A stretch of DNA of 13,110 bases from a virus (IMGVR_UViG_2684622670_000001:1-13110), one strand, 5' to 3'. Counted from the stretch's first letter, positions 1 to 9,472 are shown. A program made the numbers and translations. The notes: generated from the sequence alone by a model not told the origin.

Positions 1-51
1 ATTAGTATCGGAAACAGGAAAGGAAGGCGAAAGACGGTTTAAATGATGCGC

Positions 52-315
52 TTACCCCTCTGAAGCACTGTCGATTCTTCCAACCAATCCGGATGGAGAC
101 TGCCCATTCGCTCCTGAATACAAACAGGCGATATGGGCAACCAGCATATTCAGCAGCATTGAGCGTACAGCCAAATCCGACACACGACTTGAGTCTGTGT
201 TATCGAGATAAATGGTTGCTTGCGTGAAATACTGCTGAAGAAGTGCGTCGTCTACAGATGAGAATTCAGGATAGCGTAGCTTAAATGCGGAGGGGGCAAA
301 TATTACGACGCCCAT
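52..315 (-). CDS. Putative head completion / head-tail connector-like protein (DUF4054-like motif), 87 aa
   Basis: ORF with ATG at 315 preceded by GGGAG (spacing ~7). The motif '[26 protein letters not shown]' resembles DUF4054-type head proteins, and the gene sits downstream of the major capsid gene. Assignment is by motif recall only. Confidence 0.4.
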   Translation of the reverse strand: MGVVIFAPSAFKLRYPEFSSVDDALLQQYFTQATIYLDNTDSSRVSDLAVRSMLLNMLVAHIACLYSGANGQSPSGLVGRIDSASEG

Positions 316-327
316 TTGCTGCTCCCG

Positions 328-675
328 CTATTTTTCGTCAGCCTTTTTTACGCCCGGAGCCGGATTTTCCGGGTCAAGGCCTTCGAGGCCAGTTTTCGAT
401 TCTTTCAGATCTTTACCCTGCGCATTCAGACTGCGAATATCTTTCTGAATGAAGATTGCATTATTCTGAATATACGCGGCATCCTTATAGGTCTCGATGA
501 ACTTATCTATGAAGTCTTTCTCGACCATGGTAACTCCGAAAGCCCCCTCAGGAATTGCACCATCAAGACCACGGAGGGCGGTTGTTGCCGCCCCGTTCAG
601 GATTACTGTTTTGCCATCCAGAGTTACCTGAAGGCCATTTGGCAATTTGCAGCCAACGCTTACCATTTCTGCCAT
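328..675 (-). CDS. Hypothetical phage head-module protein, 115 aa
   Basis: ORF with ATG at 675 preceded by GGGAG (spacing ~8), starting 4 nt after the major capsid gene stop. No family recognised. Confidence 0.5.
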   Translation of the reverse strand: MAEMVSVGCKLPNGLQVTLDGKTVILNGAATTALRGLDGAIPEGAFGVTMVEKDFIDKFIETYKDAAYIQNNAIFIQKDIRSLNAQGKDLKESKTGLEGLDPENPAPGVKKADEK

Positions 676-678
676 GAA

Positions 679-1719
679 TTAAACTCCCAACATGCTTGCA
701 AATGCCAGCGGCTGGCGAATGATTGCGCCCCAGGTGCCACCGGTTTTCTTTTGTTTGTACGCGGACAGGTCAACAACAACCGGATGCGCACGCATTTTTT
801 CGGTAAATGCGCAGTAGCCGGTGTCCTGACCATCCAAATCGTCGGCGATCAACTGAACCAGTTCGCCGGATTCGGTTTTGTACTCGACAGCAGTAACAAC
901 GCGCAGGTTCGGGAAGTTTTTCTTCAGCTGATCAGACACGTTGACGTTGTACATGTTGGTCTTGGTCAGATTTGCTTCTGACTCTGGACTCATCGCCAGC
1001 GTCATCTTGCTGTCTCGCTCAACGTACCCCTTGGTCTGCTTCACTAACTGCATGTAAAGCGCCTGGATATCGTCATACACCGCCTGACCGTCTTTGGTTG
1101 CCCAGGTGGTTCCGCCGCTCGCACCAGTTGCACCCGGGGTGATTGATGCCGGAAGGTTAGGGTCATTCAGAATGCCGTAGTTCTTCAGGCCAGCAACGCC
1201 GAAGAAGTAGGACTTGTTCTGAAACTTATTCAGGGTCAGCGCAGAAGCAGTATTCAATTGTTGAGCCCATGCAATGCGGCCTTCACCGTAACGGTCAAGT
1301 TCCAGCTCACCCCACTGAGTAATGGTCTGGTACAGATAGGACTCACGAGCAACCCAGTTGACGTTAGCATTTACCTGCCCATTATTGTTGTAGTCACCAT
1401 AACTGGAAACCTGACCCGTTGATTCCACAACCGGGAATTGTGCGGTCATGGTGGTCCAGTCTCCCTTCTTCGTTTCCCCCAGAATTTCCACCGCTTTCAT
1501 CGGAGTGACAAGGATGCGAATCAGTTCCGGGTCAACGTAATTAGTGAAGTACCATGGAATGCCAGAGTTGCTGGTTGTTACCAGTGAAGGCTGAGAATCC
1601 ATTGCATAGGAATAGCTATTAGCAACAGCATCCGTCAGATAGGCTTTGGCTTCCGGAAGGATTACACCGTAATCTCGCTCAGCCATAGCTTTATGTTGTA
1701 AAAATTCTGCGTTATTCAT
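679..1719 (-). CDS. Major capsid protein (HK97-fold, DUF2184/encapsulin-like type), 346 aa
   Basis: ORF with ATG at 1719 and GGAG at -8. Size and position (after portal, Mu F-like, scaffold-like and a small Gly/Ala-rich protein) are typical of the major capsid gene. Family is inferred from synteny and composition, not a search. Confidence 0.7.
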   Translation of the reverse strand: MNNAEFLQHKAMAERDYGVILPEAKAYLTDAVANSYSYAMDSQPSLVTTSNSGIPWYFTNYVDPELIRILVTPMKAVEILGETKKGDWTTMTAQFPVVESTGQVSSYGDYNNNGQVNANVNWVARESYLYQTITQWGELELDRYGEGRIAWAQQLNTASALTLNKFQNKSYFFGVAGLKNYGILNDPNLPASITPGATGASGGTTWATKDGQAVYDDIQALYMQLVKQTKGYVERDSKMTLAMSPESEANLTKTNMYNVNVSDQLKKNFPNLRVVTAVEYKTESGELVQLIADDLDGQDTGYCAFTEKMRAHPVVVDLSAYKQKKTGGTWGAIIRQPLAFASMLGV

Positions 1720-1722
1720 GTA

Positions 1723-2202
1723 TTAGCTCCAGGTGCCCATCTGAATCAACTCGCCAGCCTCGCCAGCACTGCCAACAACAAATTTTGTTTCAACGTAATC
1801 CGAGATTGACGCCCCGGCATCGCCAGCGGTAATAGTTCCATCTGACAGTTTGGCGAAAATCTTCTGCCCTACAGTTGCCGCACCGGCCGTTTTCACCCAG
1901 TAGTCACCAGCAGTCATCAATGTCATCTGAACTCCAGGCTGAATAGTCATAGATGATTCACCAAGCCATGTGGTGACAGACGCCTGCCCTTCCCGATGAA
2001 CGAAACCGGCAGGAGCACCGGTTCCAGTGTTATTGACAACACCATTGCTTACCCATGCAAAGCGACCAACAACAACCCCATTTGCACCGGCAACAAGAGC
2101 TCCCTCACCTGCAAGAAGACTTGCTTTAGGGTTAGCCGAAGCGAAATCGCCCTCAACTCCCGGCGCCTGTTGCTGATTAATTACACTTTGAAAGCCACTC
2201 AT
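1723..2202 (-). CDS. Putative head decoration/cement-like structural protein (Gly/Ala-rich, DUF2190-like position), 159 aa
   Basis: ORF with ATG at 2202 and GGAG at -8. Gly/Ala-rich composition and position immediately upstream of the major capsid gene. Confidence 0.5.
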   Translation of the reverse strand: MSGFQSVINQQQAPGVEGDFASANPKASLLAGEGALVAGANGVVVGRFAWVSNGVVNNTGTGAPAGFVHREGQASVTTWLGESSMTIQPGVQMTLMTAGDYWVKTAGAATVGQKIFAKLSDGTITAGDAGASISDYVETKFVVGSAGEAGELIQMGTWS

Positions 2203-2205
2203 TTC

Positions 2206-3432
2206 TTAGCTCCGTTTCAGTTTAGTTGCGCCAGGAAATGCCTTGGCGAAAGAATTGGTTGCGGCAGCATCCATACCCATACCATGAGATGGTTTGCGAA
2301 CTACCGCTTTCTGGCTGATAGCAAATTCAACCATCGATTTAAGTGCTGAAGGATGAACGCCTTTATGTTCAGCACCAATTGAATCAAGAGCAAAGCGATA
2401 AATAGACTCTGCGGAATCCATAGCTACCAGACTCACATCACCAACCAAAGCGCGAACGCATTCTCGAGCCTCATTGGCTTGACGGATACGCCCCATCACA
2501 TTCTCTTCAGCTTTTCGAATTAATGCGGCATCCATAGCTGCTTTATTCTCATCATCGTCTTCATCCTCGGCAGTCTTTTTATCCTTGCCGTCATCATCTT
2601 CGTCTTCCGCTTCTTTGCGGTCACGATCGCGATCCTTTCGCTCACGTTCTTCACGCTCTTTTAGTTCATCCTCTTCACGTTTCAGACGCTCTGCTTCTGA
2701 CTCATTATCTCTCTCAGCCTGCGTGGCTTCGTCTTCAACAACCTTTTGCACTTTCTTTTCCACTTCTTCTGGCTTCTCATCACTTGCCAGCATCGGCGTG
2801 ATAACTGCCATCAACTTTTTAGTAAGTTCTGACATTGATTTCATTCCTGTTGGTATTGAATCCCCGACAACAACGTCGGATCCGGCTCTTCCCTCTGTTA
2901 CGAGAGCAACGTGGTTCCCGACGATATCGCGCATTACACCATCGTATGGCTGGCCTTCATGCACGCCGGGGGTCATGTCAGCTACATATCTGTAGGCCGA
3001 CGAAAGTTCTTTCTTCTCGTCTGTCTCGATTCCAGCGATAGAATCTGCGTCCCATACGACAAGCGAGTTCTTGAGATAAGTCCCGTCAAACTCAGCATCA
3101 GTACCAGTAGAACCAACCACAGCCATCTTCTGAGGGTCTGCAGCAGTAACCGGAATGTGTTCGTTAAGGAGCGGGATGTTGTTGAATGTAGATGCTGCTT
3201 TGGCTAACTCTTTCGGGTCACGAAGCAGGTAGTAAAACTTGTCAGGCTGTAAACCTAGCGATCTGTAATTAGGGATTTCACGCCCATAATAAGGGCAAAC
3301 GTTAGCCTTACTGATTGGCGTCACTTCGATATGCAAACGCCCATCCTTATCAAAGGAGCGCACCGTTGCCTTGTCGAATGCCAATCCGTGATATCCCCAT
3401 TGCCAGTCGCCTTTAACTTTGCGTAATGGCAT
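2206..3432 (-). CDS. Putative scaffold / prohead-processing protein (DUF2213-like N-terminal region) with a highly charged low-complexity central linker, 408 aa
   Basis: ORF with ATG at 3432. Central segment '[41 protein letters not shown]' is charged and low-complexity. Position between the Mu F-like gene and the decoration/capsid genes fits a scaffold role. Confidence 0.55.
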   Translation of the reverse strand: MPLRKVKGDWQWGYHGLAFDKATVRSFDKDGRLHIEVTPISKANVCPYYGREIPNYRSLGLQPDKFYYLLRDPKELAKAASTFNNIPLLNEHIPVTAADPQKMAVVGSTGTDAEFDGTYLKNSLVVWDADSIAGIETDEKKELSSAYRYVADMTPGVHEGQPYDGVMRDIVGNHVALVTEGRAGSDVVVGDSIPTGMKSMSELTKKLMAVITPMLASDEKPEEVEKKVQKVVEDEATQAERDNESEAERLKREEDELKEREERERKDRDRDRKEAEDEDDDGKDKKTAEDEDDDENKAAMDAALIRKAEENVMGRIRQANEARECVRALVGDVSLVAMDSAESIYRFALDSIGAEHKGVHPSALKSMVEFAISQKAVVRKPSHGMGMDAAATNSFAKAFPGATKLKRS

Positions 3433-3452
3433 GCTTTTACCTTTCGGCAGGC

Positions 3453-3475
3453 AATAAAAAAGCCGCAGTAGCGGC
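3453..3475 (-). terminator. Hairpin (GCCGC-UACU-GCGGC) followed by UUUUUUAUU; candidate weak intrinsic terminator/attenuator
   Basis: Seen directly on the minus strand: 5-bp GC stem, 4-nt loop, U-tract. It overlaps a 13-codon mini-ORF (3437..3478) that has a strong SD (AAGAGGA). Confidence 0.3.
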
Positions 3476-3566
3476 CATTATTTCCTCTTGGACATAGCTA
3501 TTTTCAGTAGTGCAATCATTAAGCAACCAAAAATCAACACTAATCCCAGAGACCATAAAACCTCAA

Positions 3567-4385
3567 TCATTTTCTATCTATCCCAGGGATAACAGGAGAC
3601 CACGTACAACGGCAGTTGATAGCCTCTCCCGGCAGCACCCATTCACCATCAAGATACAGCCCTTTATCGAGGTCGAACTCTTTACCGTCAGCTTTCACAT
3701 GGGATGGCCTTGGCTGCTTCCCGGCGTGTGAGTGACGCCAGATTCCTTTGGTGATGCCTAACTTCTTCTGCCGTTCAGACTGAATTACCGCTGTAGCTTT
3801 GTTGTTCTGATCGCGTGCGATCGTCTCAGCGCGTCTGCGTGTAATGCCATATCGCTTAACCAGTTCATCAGTGAGATAGCCAAGGTCACGACCACGGCTG
3901 ACAGACTGCATGACTATCGTCTCAACCTGTGTGTGATAGTGTTCAGGTATGGATTTAATCAGGTTGACGTTCTCGTTAACGACAGCCTGCATCACGTTCT
4001 TAAGCTCGTCATTCATTGTGAACTTAACGGTAAATCCGCCAGCCTTTAACGCTGAGTGTAACGAAACGTCGGTGTTGCGCAGTGTCTTATCAACGAAGCG
4101 ATCAGCTAGTTTCTTAGCCAGTTCATTGAATTTATGCTCCCACTGCTTGCCTAGTCTTGACAATCTGCGCTTTAACTCATTCGCAGGACTGGAATCCATC
4201 GCCATGTTGTTTTTGTATGCGCCCTCAAGCCAGTATCGGTATGACTTATCCATCTCCCTAACCAGTTTAAGAAGCTCAGAGCGATACCACTCATGAACTC
4301 CGGCGTTAGCTCTTACTGGACGAAGGGTTTTCCGGGTCTTCGAATCCTTCTTCGATGGACTCGTTTTCGTACTCTTCTTCGTCAT
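3567..4385 (-). CDS. Head morphogenesis protein, SPP1 gp7 / Mu F-like, 272 aa
   Basis: ORF with ATG at 4385. C-terminal '[19 protein letters not shown]' matches the conserved Mu F-like C-terminus, and the gene follows the portal gene. The 5' end overlaps the portal 3' end by 80 nt, so the true start is uncertain. Confidence 0.7.
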   Translation of the reverse strand: MTKKSTKTSPSKKDSKTRKTLRPVRANAGVHEWYRSELLKLVREMDKSYRYWLEGAYKNNMAMDSSPANELKRRLSRLGKQWEHKFNELAKKLADRFVDKTLRNTDVSLHSALKAGGFTVKFTMNDELKNVMQAVVNENVNLIKSIPEHYHTQVETIVMQSVSRGRDLGYLTDELVKRYGITRRRAETIARDQNNKATAVIQSERQKKLGITKGIWRHSHAGKQPRPSHVKADGKEFDLDKGLYLDGEWVLPGEAINCRCTWSPVIPGIDRK

Positions 4386-5841
4386 ATTCAGATTCCATCA
4401 TGTGGTATGGGCTGGCCTTATCCGACTGGCGCATGCTTCTTATTGCATCAAGATCGAACACGCCAGCTTCGGCATAGTTCTTGTCAGCCTCAGACTGATG
4501 TTTCATGATCTCGGCTTTCTCTGCTTCTGTAAGCTCATACAGAGGCAGGAACTCAAAATCAATGTCAGGGTCAATCTCGCCAAATTCGTTTAACTGGATA
4601 ACATCCAGTACTGTTTTCAGTGGTACTCTGAACAGATTCTCCTGCATGGCGTGGATTGAGTCATAGAAGACGCGGATTTCTCCATCAGATGACGCGTTTA
4701 GCCCGTTAGGAGTGATGCCAAGGAGCTTAACCAGGGGAATGCTTGATACCGATGCCATTTGTTCCTGCGCTTGCGCCTGAAGAGCATCAACTCCGGACAG
4801 ACTTGTCACAAACTGGAAGAATTCTTCTCCATCCTTATCAATAAGGAACATTCCGCGATTGTCGCGAACCTTATTGAATAGCTCGGCACGCATAAACAGG
4901 TTTGGGTCTGCAATTCCAGACAAGGCATTCTGCATGTTCGTCTTCAGCCCGTGGACCACAAACGAATGAACCAGATCGCTAACGCTGTCACGTGTTCTCA
5001 GCCAGTTCTGCACATATGGCTCTGCCATCTGACTCAGCGACAAGCCGCCGAAGTTGTACGCCGCTTTGAGAATGTCTGGCACCTGGCGAGAAATCATTGT
5101 CAACATGCGACTGGCGTGAACCGTGCGCCCCATGACATACCATTCAGATGGATTGAAGAAGTCAGGGCTTAGAGGATTGTCAGCGTTATACACGCCCGGG
5201 TAAGTCCACATGGCTTCGATAACGCGGAAACCATTCAGGCTTCCTTTGGTAATCTTGCGCGGACTGATATAGAGCTTCTTATCCAGTTCGTCGGGAACCA
5301 GCCAGGCTGAGTTACCGCTTGGCGTCTTCACGTCGATATAAATCTGTCCGCGCCCGAAGTAACCGTCATGTTCCGCCGCCTCGCGAAACTTCTCTCGCAC
5401 TCTGAAACGCTTTAATGCGTCGTCAAGCTGGCGAATCTTATCGGCCTTGTCGTCACCATCGTCTTTACCTACATGCTTCAGCTCAATCCATTTTCGCGTC
5501 ATCTCTTCTGCTATCGTGCCAGTAATCTTGCGATACTCCGGCAACTGAGCAAGTTGAGACAGATATGGGTAGCCGGGAAATCCACCGTAGCCATATGCGG
5601 TGATGTTTGCTGAGTTAAGGTAACTGTACGGCGTGGAGTCCATCGCCAGAGCTGACTCCCCAATATGTTCAGGAATAACGCCTGGCGGGGGTACGTATCT
5701 CTCAATTCTGCGCAATGCCTCGCCTTCATTTTTAATTCGCTCCTGTTCGTTAATAATCGCAAGAACATTCGCCAGAGACATTGGCTGTTTCGCCTCTTCT
5801 TTCTGAGGCTCAGATTTTTTCTTTCTCAAAAAATTAAACAC
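4306..5841 (-). CDS. Portal protein (DUF1073-like), ~511 aa
   Basis: Large ORF immediately downstream of the large terminase gene, with an acidic C-terminal tail. The longest ORF starts with GTG at 5841 (GAGG ~8 nt upstream); the first ATG is 20 codons downstream at 5781. Confidence 0.7.
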   Translation of the reverse strand: MFNFLRKKKSEPQKEEAKQPMSLANVLAIINEQERIKNEGEALRRIERYVPPPGVIPEHIGESALAMDSTPYSYLNSANITAYGYGGFPGYPYLSQLAQLPEYRKITGTIAEEMTRKWIELKHVGKDDGDDKADKIRQLDDALKRFRVREKFREAAEHDGYFGRGQIYIDVKTPSGNSAWLVPDELDKKLYISPRKITKGSLNGFRVIEAMWTYPGVYNADNPLSPDFFNPSEWYVMGRTVHASRMLTMISRQVPDILKAAYNFGGLSLSQMAEPYVQNWLRTRDSVSDLVHSFVVHGLKTNMQNALSGIADPNLFMRAELFNKVRDNRGMFLIDKDGEEFFQFVTSLSGVDALQAQAQEQMASVSSIPLVKLLGITPNGLNASSDGEIRVFYDSIHAMQENLFRVPLKTVLDVIQLNEFGEIDPDIDFEFLPLYELTEAEKAEIMKHQSEADKNYAEAGVFDLDAIRSMRQSDKASPYHMMESEYDEEEYENESIEEGFEDPENPSSSKS

Positions 5842-7361
5842 TATGCGAGCCTCAAAAGGTCTTCAGATATACGTAACGGACCATTGCCATTTTTCATCTC
5901 ATCGATGGCATCCATCATCGGATCAAGCTGGTCGTCGTGCGTATTGAAATCAGGATTAATGGCTTCCATCTCAACGAGGAAGTCGTTGATGAATGGTGCG
6001 CTGCTGGGCAACTTGATGTAACCGGACTCGATATAACCCTGTACGTCCATCAGTCGTGTGTACTTATCCTTATCGCGCTGAATTGCTTTGATGGGGCATA
6101 TCGCTTTTTTTCGGATGTTCTGTATCAGGCCTGTGCCAGATGACTTGTCCTCTATCGCCATATGGCGAAGCGGCCCATTCTTCAGAGTTTTGCACTTTTC
6201 CCAGAATGCAACAGCACGGCGTTGTAATTCATCGGCCTCCCATTTACCGCGAATCATATCGATCAGATAGATGTACCCGTCAGTACCAAGCCCCCAGTGC
6301 TCGAATACTGAGAAGTCGTTGACCTCTTTTGTTTTCTGTGCGGTGTCTCCATAGACGGCACGCCATTGCATGGGAGGGAGTACCGAATATTCACCAAACC
6401 ATTCAGACTTAATAAGCCCCCCGCCTTTGGCGGTTGGTCGTTGCTGATAAAGGGCATTCCATACAAGAGAACCGCGCTGTTTGCACTTCTCTACGAACTC
6501 TCTCGGCATGCGCTCAGGAAACAGAATTTCACCGGGATTGCGCAGTCGATACACATTACCGTTGAGTTCATGAATCTCTTCCTTTTCAGCCTCCATTGGG
6601 AAGCTAACTACGCGCCAGCGTTCCCCGCCCTCTTCAGCTAGTTTTAATAACTGTCCGGCGAGATCGTTTTGATGCCAGCGTGTCAGGATGATGACAATTC
6701 CGTTTATCTTCGGGTCAACACGAGTGAAGAATGTCGTGTCATACCAGTCCATCACCGCTTCCTGGTAAGTTGGAGACGATGCGGTTTTGTAATCTTTCGC
6801 GGGGTCATCAATAACCCCAATGTTCATACCCTGCCCGGTGATGCCACCGTTAACACCAGCAGAACGATATGAGCCGCCGTGTAGTTCGCCTTTGGCATCA
6901 ACTGGTTCCCATAGCTCGGTTTTGTTGATACCTCCCGCCAAACTGCGTCCTGAAGGTATTTTCACGTCAGGGAAAACATCAGCGTACTTATCAGAGGTGA
7001 TAATGCGTTTAACGTCACGGCTCATTCGGTCTGACAGGTCAGAAGAATATGAGCACGAGATAATGTTCCATGATGGATGATGTCCTAACACATACGCTGG
7101 GAAGCGGCGAGAGCACAACTCACTCTTTCCTGAGCGCGGAGGGGCAAACACCATTAGCCTGGGCATGTTTCCGGCTTTAACTTCATCCAGAAAGTGATCT
7201 AGCTCAGCACAAAGCAGCTCGTTAAACCAACCTGTTTCGTATTGCGGATTAGTGTACAAAGTGAAATCGAGAAGGTTTTTTCTTGCTGAGCGGATAGCCA
7301 GCTCTTTGTGCAACTCATAAATCTGAGCGTTTCGATTCAAGCTGATTGGAGCGCCTGCCAT
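5841..7361 (-). CDS. Terminase large subunit, ~506 aa from the first ATG
   Basis: Walker A-like '[10 protein letters not shown]' near the N-terminus; size ~500 aa; follows the small terminase gene. First ATG at 7361 is preceded by AAGGAA; the track ORF begins with TTG at 7367. Overlaps the small terminase 3' end by ~47 nt. Confidence 0.8.
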   Translation of the reverse strand: MAGAPISLNRNAQIYELHKELAIRSARKNLLDFTLYTNPQYETGWFNELLCAELDHFLDEVKAGNMPRLMVFAPPRSGKSELCSRRFPAYVLGHHPSWNIISCSYSSDLSDRMSRDVKRIITSDKYADVFPDVKIPSGRSLAGGINKTELWEPVDAKGELHGGSYRSAGVNGGITGQGMNIGVIDDPAKDYKTASSPTYQEAVMDWYDTTFFTRVDPKINGIVIILTRWHQNDLAGQLLKLAEEGGERWRVVSFPMEAEKEEIHELNGNVYRLRNPGEILFPERMPREFVEKCKQRGSLVWNALYQQRPTAKGGGLIKSEWFGEYSVLPPMQWRAVYGDTAQKTKEVNDFSVFEHWGLGTDGYIYLIDMIRGKWEADELQRRAVAFWEKCKTLKNGPLRHMAIEDKSSGTGLIQNIRKKAICPIKAIQRDKDKYTRLMDVQGYIESGYIKLPSSAPFINDFLVEMEAINPDFNTHDDQLDPMMDAIDEMKNGNGPLRISEDLLRLA

Positions 7362-7905
7362 TACCAAGTTCCTTCAGTTTCTCTTCAAGTAACTCTTCTG
7401 ACATATCGGCATAACGAACAGGCCCACCATCAGCGCCAGTTATTTCTGTAGATGTTTGCTCTTTAAACGCCTGAACAGAAACATGCTTACCAAGAAGTTC
7501 GAGATTTTTGACTTTATCAGGCCATTTAATTTTCTTCAGAAGTGCGGCGCTATCTGCGGATACCATCTCCACGACATCCATTCCTGATAGCGTTGTGCGC
7601 CATACCTTAGGCCAGTCTTTGATGGGTTTTAACTCACCGTTTTGCAGGAGAATGTCGAGCACATCCATCTGGTCGATTTCAACCAATCTACGAAGAACAT
7701 AGGCTGCATCTATGCCAGTCTGTTCAACGCGGGCGGATTTAAGTTCAGCAACGAATTTTTGAACATTAACATTTGCTAATAATCGAGATGCCTGCTCATT
7801 GGCGGTCTTCTCGCTGTAGCCCGCCCTGATCGCTGCCTGTGTTCCGTTCAGATCTTTCAGGTACTCACGGGCAAACAGCTCTTGTTTGTCGGTGAGCCTT
7901 GCCAT
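7315..7905 (-). CDS. Terminase small subunit (Terminase_2-like HTH N-terminus), 196 aa
   Basis: N-terminal 'LTDKQELFAREYLKDLNGTQAAIRAGYSEKTANEQASRLL' is the characteristic small-terminase HTH motif. ATG at 7905 with GGAG ~9 nt upstream; sits directly upstream of the large terminase gene. Confidence 0.75.
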   Translation of the reverse strand: MARLTDKQELFAREYLKDLNGTQAAIRAGYSEKTANEQASRLLANVNVQKFVAELKSARVEQTGIDAAYVLRRLVEIDQMDVLDILLQNGELKPIKDWPKVWRTTLSGMDVVEMVSADSAALLKKIKWPDKVKNLELLGKHVSVQAFKEQTSTEITGADGGPVRYADMSEELLEEKLKELGNGRRSNQLESKRSDL

Positions 7906-8036
7906 TATTTGTGCTCCGTTTATCCGTTAAAAGGGATATCAGTTAAGTTATCCCGTGTAGGGTATAAGCCATTATCAAGCCCACCAGTAGATGGGCTTTG
8001 TAATGGAGAGCCGTTGTGAAAGTGGCTCTCAGACTG

Positions 8037-8240
8037 TCATTTTTTCCCTTTCTGTTTACCTGCCCACTGTTTTGCAATGTACAGGCAGTCATCGAAAATT
8101 CGGCCTTTTCTGCTGGCTTGTGAACAACGGCGGTAATGTTCCACCGCCATGTCAGCGCCAGTCATAGCCGCGTTTTGGTCGTATCCAAGCTTTATTAACT
8201 CGGTTGTTACATTTTTATGTATGAAATCAATCGGAGTCAT
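8037..8240 (-). CDS. Hypothetical small protein, 67 aa (accessory cassette, second gene)
   Basis: ORF with ATG at 8240 overlapping the upstream gene stop (ATGA), suggesting translational coupling. No family recognised. Confidence 0.5.
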   Translation of the reverse strand: MTPIDFIHKNVTTELIKLGYDQNAAMTGADMAVEHYRRCSQASRKGRIFDDCLYIAKQWAGKQKGKK

Positions 8241-8833
8241 GCTGGTTTACCATCAGGGAAATCCCCCATGTCACATAGCTTGAACTGAATCAGATCCTTC
8301 ACAAGCTGCTCAGCCTTTTTAATGGCCCTCTTCTCTTTCTTCCGACGAGTCATGAGAGCGCTACCTGCTTGACCGTGCATTTCAAATGAGAACTTCTCAG
8401 CAGCCGCGACACGGTTTTGCATTTCGCTGATTGCCATATCGGTCAGGCCAGAGAAATCGAGGAGGTTAATGTCCTTCCCACCCTCAAGCTCAGTCATGTG
8501 GTCATACACCTGCGCCTGAAGCTCATAGCTGTAGCTCATTGCCATGAGGCAAGCTTCACGCTTGGGAAAATTGCAAATATCCCTCTCCACAACACCACCT
8601 GTTCCGTTGATATAGGTATCAGTTGCAAAAAATTTTGCAGCTGCATCCCCGAGAACCTTGGGTACTTTCTTCATGAAACTGCGGTGTTCGAGTTTGCGAT
8701 ATTTCTTACAGGGGAACGCAAGCCCCTCCGCCTCCGCTTTGGATTTCCGATCAGCATTAATGTAATCCACCATCTCAAGACTGCTCATGGTCGGGTATTC
8801 GCCAGAAGGAAGAACGGTTAATGATTTGTTCAT
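8237..8833 (-). CDS. Putative Rha-family-like phage regulatory protein, 198 aa (accessory cassette, first gene)
   Basis: ORF with ATG at 8833 and AAGGAA ~8 nt upstream. N-terminal region ('TMSSLEMVDYIN ... KLEHRSFMKKVPKVL ... REACLMAMSYSYELQAQVYDHM') loosely fits the Phage_pRha pattern as I recall it. C-terminal ~90 aa unassigned. Confidence 0.45.
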   Translation of the reverse strand: MNKSLTVLPSGEYPTMSSLEMVDYINADRKSKAEAEGLAFPCKKYRKLEHRSFMKKVPKVLGDAAAKFFATDTYINGTGGVVERDICNFPKREACLMAMSYSYELQAQVYDHMTELEGGKDINLLDFSGLTDMAISEMQNRVAAAEKFSFEMHGQAGSALMTRRKKEKRAIKKAEQLVKDLIQFKLCDMGDFPDGKPA

Positions 8834-8978
8834 GTCGGTATTTCCTTTAGAAAGTTGAGCCTGTTCGCACAGAAAAGCCGTCCCCGAGAGGTCCTCACCT
8901 ATACGGCAGTTCTCAGGCTCAGCTTTCTGAAAGACTCGGGATTGTTACGCGCTGCGATACGCTGTGAAATTCAGATGT

Positions 8979-9003
8979 AAAAAAAGCCCCGCATCGCGAG
9001 GCT
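8979..9003 (-). terminator. Intrinsic terminator-like hairpin plus U7 downstream of Rz
   Basis: Minus strand reads AGCCUCGC-GAU-GCGGGGCU followed by UUUUUUU: an 8-bp stem (one G-U pair) with a run of seven U. Confidence 0.5.
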
Positions 9004-9034
9004 CATTAAATTGACTTTGTGATTTGCAAAAAAA

Positions 9035-9472
9035 TTATTTCAGGCATTGCGTCCTGATATATTCCTGCAGGTAGTTAACCTGCGCGGTTATCCTGTCGAT
9101 TCCACTTCGGAGACGGTAATAATTGAGTTCAGCATCTGCTGTAAGTCTTGGGCTTTCTCCATCGCCCATGCTGCTGGCTCCGGTCGTTGACTTTGCACAG
9201 GTGGCGGCGACTTGCAGGCGCTTACGACCAGCAGAAACATCAGCACGGAGACTTTCGATAGTCGCGTTAGCATCAGCAAGCTCCTTTGTGTATCTGGCAT
9301 CGAGTTCTGCTACGTCACGTTGACGCTTCTGCATGTCAGCGATGATGGATGTGGCTTTATCGCGCTGTTCTTTGTAGGCGATTGCATTATCACGGTAATG
9401 ATTAACAGCCCATGACAGGCAAACGATGATGCAGATAACCAGAGCGGAGATAATCGCGGTTACTCTGCTCAT
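9035..9472 (-). CDS. Rz: Rz i-spanin (inner-membrane spanin subunit), 145 aa
   Basis: First ~31 aa ('[31 protein letters not shown]') match lambda Rz as recalled; the rest is a divergent Rz-like coiled-coil region. ATGA overlap with the R stop; Rz1 is embedded in the +1 frame. Confidence 0.85.
   Translation of the reverse strand: MSRVTAIISALVICIIVCLSWAVNHYRDNAIAYKEQRDKATSIIADMQKRQRDVAELDARYTKELADANATIESLRADVSAGRKRLQVAATCAKSTTGASSMGDGESPRLTADAELNYYRLRSGIDRITAQVNYLQEYIRTQCLK
9088..9273 (-). CDS. Rz1: Rz1 o-spanin (outer-membrane lipoprotein), ~61 aa from Met10 of the embedded ORF
   Basis: Embedded entirely within Rz in another frame. Signal peptide with lipobox ('[20 protein letters not shown]') followed by a proline-rich mature region ('[16 protein letters not shown]'). 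The start choice (Met10 versus Met1 at 9300) is inferred. Confidence 0.7.
   Translation of the reverse strand: MLTRLSKVSVLMFLLVVSACKSPPPVQSQRPEPAAWAMEKAQDLQQMLNSIITVSEVESTG

Noticed and set aside
1-51. Purine-rich stretch (GGAAACAGGAAAGGAAGGCGAAAG) at the window start as an SD for a plus-strand gene
   Set aside because: The only plus-strand ATG after it opens a 6-codon frame. The region is more likely the spacer downstream of the minus-strand head gene; the next gene lies outside the window.
316-981. 221-aa plus-strand ORF
   Set aside because: It lies wholly antisense to the 115-aa and major capsid genes, which have strong RBSs and phage-typical synteny. No RBS or recognisable motif; best explained as an antisense shadow ORF.
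2585-2995. 136-aa plus-strand ORF rich in Ser/Arg repeats
   Set aside because: It is the antisense reading of the charged low-complexity linker of the scaffold-like gene; the repeats mirror the E/D/K/R codons on the other strand.
4251-4253. Internal ATG (Met45) as an alternative start of the Mu F-like gene to avoid the 80-nt overlap with portal
   Set aside because: Its GGGAG sits directly against the ATG with essentially no spacing, whereas the upstream ATG at 4385 gives the full-length ORF. Left unresolved, not adopted.
8834-9034. bor-like lipoprotein gene convergent with Rz, as in lambda
   Set aside because: No plus-strand ORF with a signal peptide or lipobox exists here; only a promoter-like element and the Rz terminator.
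9123-9415. Plus-strand ORFs (66 and 67 aa) inside Rz
   Set aside because: Antisense to Rz/Rz1. The only embedded gene with biological support (lipobox, Pro-rich region) is Rz1 on the minus strand.
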